In this document: positions 61,724 through 64,000 of the stretch, piece by piece
Layout: every line of letters starts with the position of its first letter
Position numbering within the stretch: position 1 is the first letter of the stretch
Source: Candidatus Poribacteria bacterium
GTDB taxonomy: Bacteria; Poribacteria; WGA-4E; WGA-3G
Direction: 5' to 3'
Length of the DNA: 64,000 nt
NCBI GenBank assembly: GCA_965242965.1
Contig: OZ251518.1
Coordinates: 5,120,001 to 5,184,000, forward strand
Program-made: the position numbers and the translations under genes
The notes under the pieces: generated by a model
The model's input: only the letters and a program-made list of their open reading frames with translations
Database searches by the model: none
Told to the model about the DNA's origin: nothing

Positions 61724-62121
61724 GGTTTTATGCTCCTTCTCTGCTTCAGCGCAGCAATGTCTGCGACAATTGCCTCAACGGCTGACGTGTGTCCTGACTC
61801 TGAGCATACCAAAGCGTGAGAAAACAGTTTGACAAGCTGCCGGTTATGCGAATAGTGAATCCATCCACCGGTAAGGCTCTCGAAGTATTTCTGTCCTTTT
61901 GTTGTATGAGTCCACAGCCCACGTTGAAGAGCGTTTGCACTAGCACCGCCGTAGCGCACTTCGCAGACGTAGTCTTCCGAGTTGTCGTAAAAACGGTAGA
62001 CAGGATGCTTCCTACCCCGGCCCCTGTCTTCTCTGGTGATGCGGGCAGTTTCGCGCACTGCACGCTCCCAGTCAAACACAAGAATGTTGCAACGTTGATT
62101 CCTCTCATCGTAGATGAAGGG
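61720..62121 (-). pseudogene. 3' fragment of an interrupted type II restriction endonuclease
   Basis: Frame reads PFIYDERNQRCNILVFDWERA...EVRYG...ANALQRGLWTHT; coupled to the MTase. Confidence 0.75.
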
Positions 62122-62182
62122 AAAGCCGGCCGACTCGGAAAGCCGGCCGACTCGGAAAGCCGGCCAGCAAAGCCGGCCGACT
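62120..62182. repeat. Terminal direct repeats of the element
   Basis: GGAAAGCCGGCCGACTC x2, then two more AAAGCCGGCC; GGCCAGCAAAGCCGGCC recurs at 62551-62567. Confidence 0.95.
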
Positions 62183-62199
62183 ACGACCTGAACGGAAAA

Positions 62200-62526
62200 C
62201 TAACCACGACCACCACGCAAGACAACACCATAACCAAGTGGCATCTTTTCATAATAAACCTTGTCTACCAAACGCGAATTCGCCCACGCTAGCTCCTTGT
62301 CTAAATCCACACGCGCTATCTCGTCGCGCAAAGCCGCGCGCTCTTCATGAGAATTAGGACCCCCGGAAAATGCGATGCCAGACGCTTTAAGACGCGCAGA
62401 CAACTCATGAGAACGCCCAGAAAGCTCACACGCGCGATGTAGATACGCGGTCCTAAGCTCTTCCAACTGGGAAAAGGAAAGAGACCGCAAAGACGGCAAA
62501 CTCAAAACCGTCGGCAAAATTGACAT
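62200..62526 (-). CDS. Element ORF3, 108-aa helical hypothetical protein
   Basis: AGGAGG RBS before ATG 62526 (MSILPTV...). Confidence 0.7.
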   Translation of the reverse strand: MSILPTVLSLPSLRSLSFSQLEELRTAYLHRACELSGRSHELSARLKASGIAFSGGPNSHEERAALRDEIARVDLDKELAWANSRLVDKVYYEKMPLGYGVVLRGGRG

Positions 62527-62634
62527 TTCGGACCTCCTACAAATACTGGTGGCCAGCAAAGCCGGCCACCGATGGCCATATTCACCTTCTACCTGTTTTT
62601 GCAACACCGGCCCGATGCCGATGATTGCAGAAAT

Positions 62635-62663
62635 AGTATAGCATATCCGCAGACTAATTGCAA
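62635..62663 (-). promoter_or_regulatory. Element-internal sigma70 promoter facing ORF3 and the MTase
   Basis: TTGCAA-N17-TATACT with TG extended -10. Confidence 0.7.
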
Positions 62664-62885
62664 GATGGCGAACGCGCGCGCCAGCCGCCTGCATTGCAAT
62701 TTGCAATGCCAACCACGCGCGCCGCGGACAAACGTGTAAATAGAATTTTCGATGACACCGTTTACACAATCAAACAGGACAATTGTGTAAACAGAAATCC
62801 GAACAGCAAACGGTTTACACAAAAAACGCGGACAAGGAAAAAAATTTAAACGCGCGACCGCGATAAATGTGTAAAAGTTATCTGT

Positions 62886-63194
62886 CTATCGGAAAACCGA
62901 ACACCTAAACGGGAAAGGTAAATCGGGAACGATACCGTCTACCCAGCAGCCGAACGCAATCCGGCCGCGCTCATGCCGATGTGTTAAGAACTGGCCATCG
63001 GTTAACGTCTTGACTAAACGAAACGCCGAACCGCTCGGTAAACGCGAAACCGATGACAACCACCGAACCGATGCCGATGGGAAAGCATGCCAGCACTCAA
63101 TAAAAGCACGATGCCGAACATCGGGAAATTGCAACTCAAGGACTCGGTATGGGAAATGCCGACCGAACCAATGACCGCGCACTTCAGAACTCAT
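62886..63194 (-). CDS. Element ORF2, 102-aa basic/aromatic hypothetical protein
   Basis: GGAGG RBS; ATGA overlap with the ORF1 stop (MSSEVRGHW...). Confidence 0.65.
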   Translation of the reverse strand: MSSEVRGHWFGRHFPYRVLELQFPDVRHRAFIECWHAFPSASVRWLSSVSRLPSGSAFRLVKTLTDGQFLTHRHERGRIAFGCWVDGIVPDLPFPFRCSVFR

Positions 63195-63469
63195 GGGATA
63201 TCCTCCAACCGAATCCAATAGCAAGACTCGGACAAACGGGAATCCGCAATAGGGACCCCCTCGCAAATTTGACCGCGCACGTCACCGCGCTTTTCTAAAA
63301 GCCGAATTAACCGGCACGCGGTTGGCCGACTAATGCCAGCCAAACGGGAAAGACACGCGATACCCATTTCGGGAAATTGATGCCACTTGACAATAAATTT
63401 CTCTTGACACCATGACCGAACCTTGACTTCGGGAAAGAGACCCAAAGCCTCATACTGCCAATAATACAC
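63191..63469 (-). CDS. Element ORF1, 92-aa putative (winged) HTH protein
   Basis: AAGGAGG RBS + GTG 63469; IACLSRLAGISRPTACRLIRLLEKRG.V HTH pattern. Confidence 0.7.
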   Translation of the reverse strand: MYYWQYEALGLFPEVKVRSWCQEKFIVKWHQFPEMGIACLSRLAGISRPTACRLIRLLEKRGDVRGQICEGVPIADSRLSESCYWIRLEDIP

Positions 63470-63679
63470 GAAAACCTCCTTGTAGGTGGCCCACTCAACG
63501 GCCACAGCACTTGACAGAAAAAGTAGTTAAACATTATTCTGCAGAATAATGACAGCACTAAATACGATGCAACCTTGGCCATCAGAGATTGACAGAATCT
63601 CGGATTGCGGTTTTCAGAAAATGCCGACAACCCCCAAACTTGTCAAATAAATGCAAAGAACCAAGAAAACGGTGCAACG

Positions 63680-64000
63680 TGGTAACACGTTGACATCACG
63701 AAATTCAGTGAAAGCAGGAGCCTCCAGAATTTTTTGGACCGCGCTCCAGTCGCTCACTTCCGGTCCCGCTTGTTCAAGCAACGGAAACATGCGGAAGTTT
63801 TTATCGGTGGAAAGTTGGAGATGTCCTTCACCGTAAGCTTTGAGGCTGACAGGAAATTCTGAGCCCGTGATTTCATTGATAATTTGGATATCCTCCTCCT
63901 TTGACTTCGCACGGTAGTGTTCCTTGCCCACATGAATCGAACTGAAATCATACATGTATTGATTGATGAATTCAGCGATGGCTATCTCCGCCAAATCTCC
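63680..64000 (-). pseudogene. 5' part of the interrupted restriction endonuclease (continues beyond the window)
   Basis: GDLAE...EEDI...SLKAYG...LQLSTDK PD-(D/E)xK-variant pattern; ends DVNVLP at the junction. Confidence 0.75.

Larger units (their letters stand above)
62122..63680 (-). mobile_element. Unclassified ~1.56 kb insertion element without recognisable transposase/integrase
   Basis: Removing it plus one GG restores the endonuclease frame; GG at both junctions; terminal repeats; abrupt strand-skew change. Confidence 0.8.

Noticed and set aside
62122-63680. Group I/II intron or IS200/IS605/IS110 element
   Set aside because: No GUGYG...AY ends, no U-G pair at the junction hairpin, and no RT, homing nuclease, HUH, DEDD or TnpB motifs visible; a covariance-model search was not possible.

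Overview
Bacterial chromosomal window that looks like Candidatus Poribacteria. This is an inference from gene style: WD40 and lamin-tail exported proteins with 'LPVELSSF' / 'LLQNFPNPFNPETWIPF' tails, PhyH dioxygenase, FGE-domain protein, TIM-barrel epimerases and dense GTAG-type palindromes. About 50 CDS, mostly metabolic or housekeeping (xanthine dehydrogenase-family trio, lexA, class A PBP, dtd, two GT9). No rRNA, tRNA or CRISPR seen. Main observations: (1) a ~1.56 kb element with no transposase or integrase splits a type II restriction endonuclease gene at a GG dinucleotide and carries terminal repeats and three small unknown ORFs; (2) a cluster of exported proteins pairs an intact caspase-like domain with a paralogue whose catalytic His and Cys are both Arg; (3) two genes (a type IIG R-M enzyme and a 1.4k-aa surface protein) are each broken at a poly-G tract one base short of frame; (4) an in-frame UGA (UxxC) selenoprotein with a SECIS-like hairpin is split by the ORF track; (5) an adenine-depleted, DGR-like 3' end on the FGE gene; (6) REP/MITE repeats sit in-frame in three proteins and supply stop codons. 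All family calls come from reading motifs by eye; no database searches were run.
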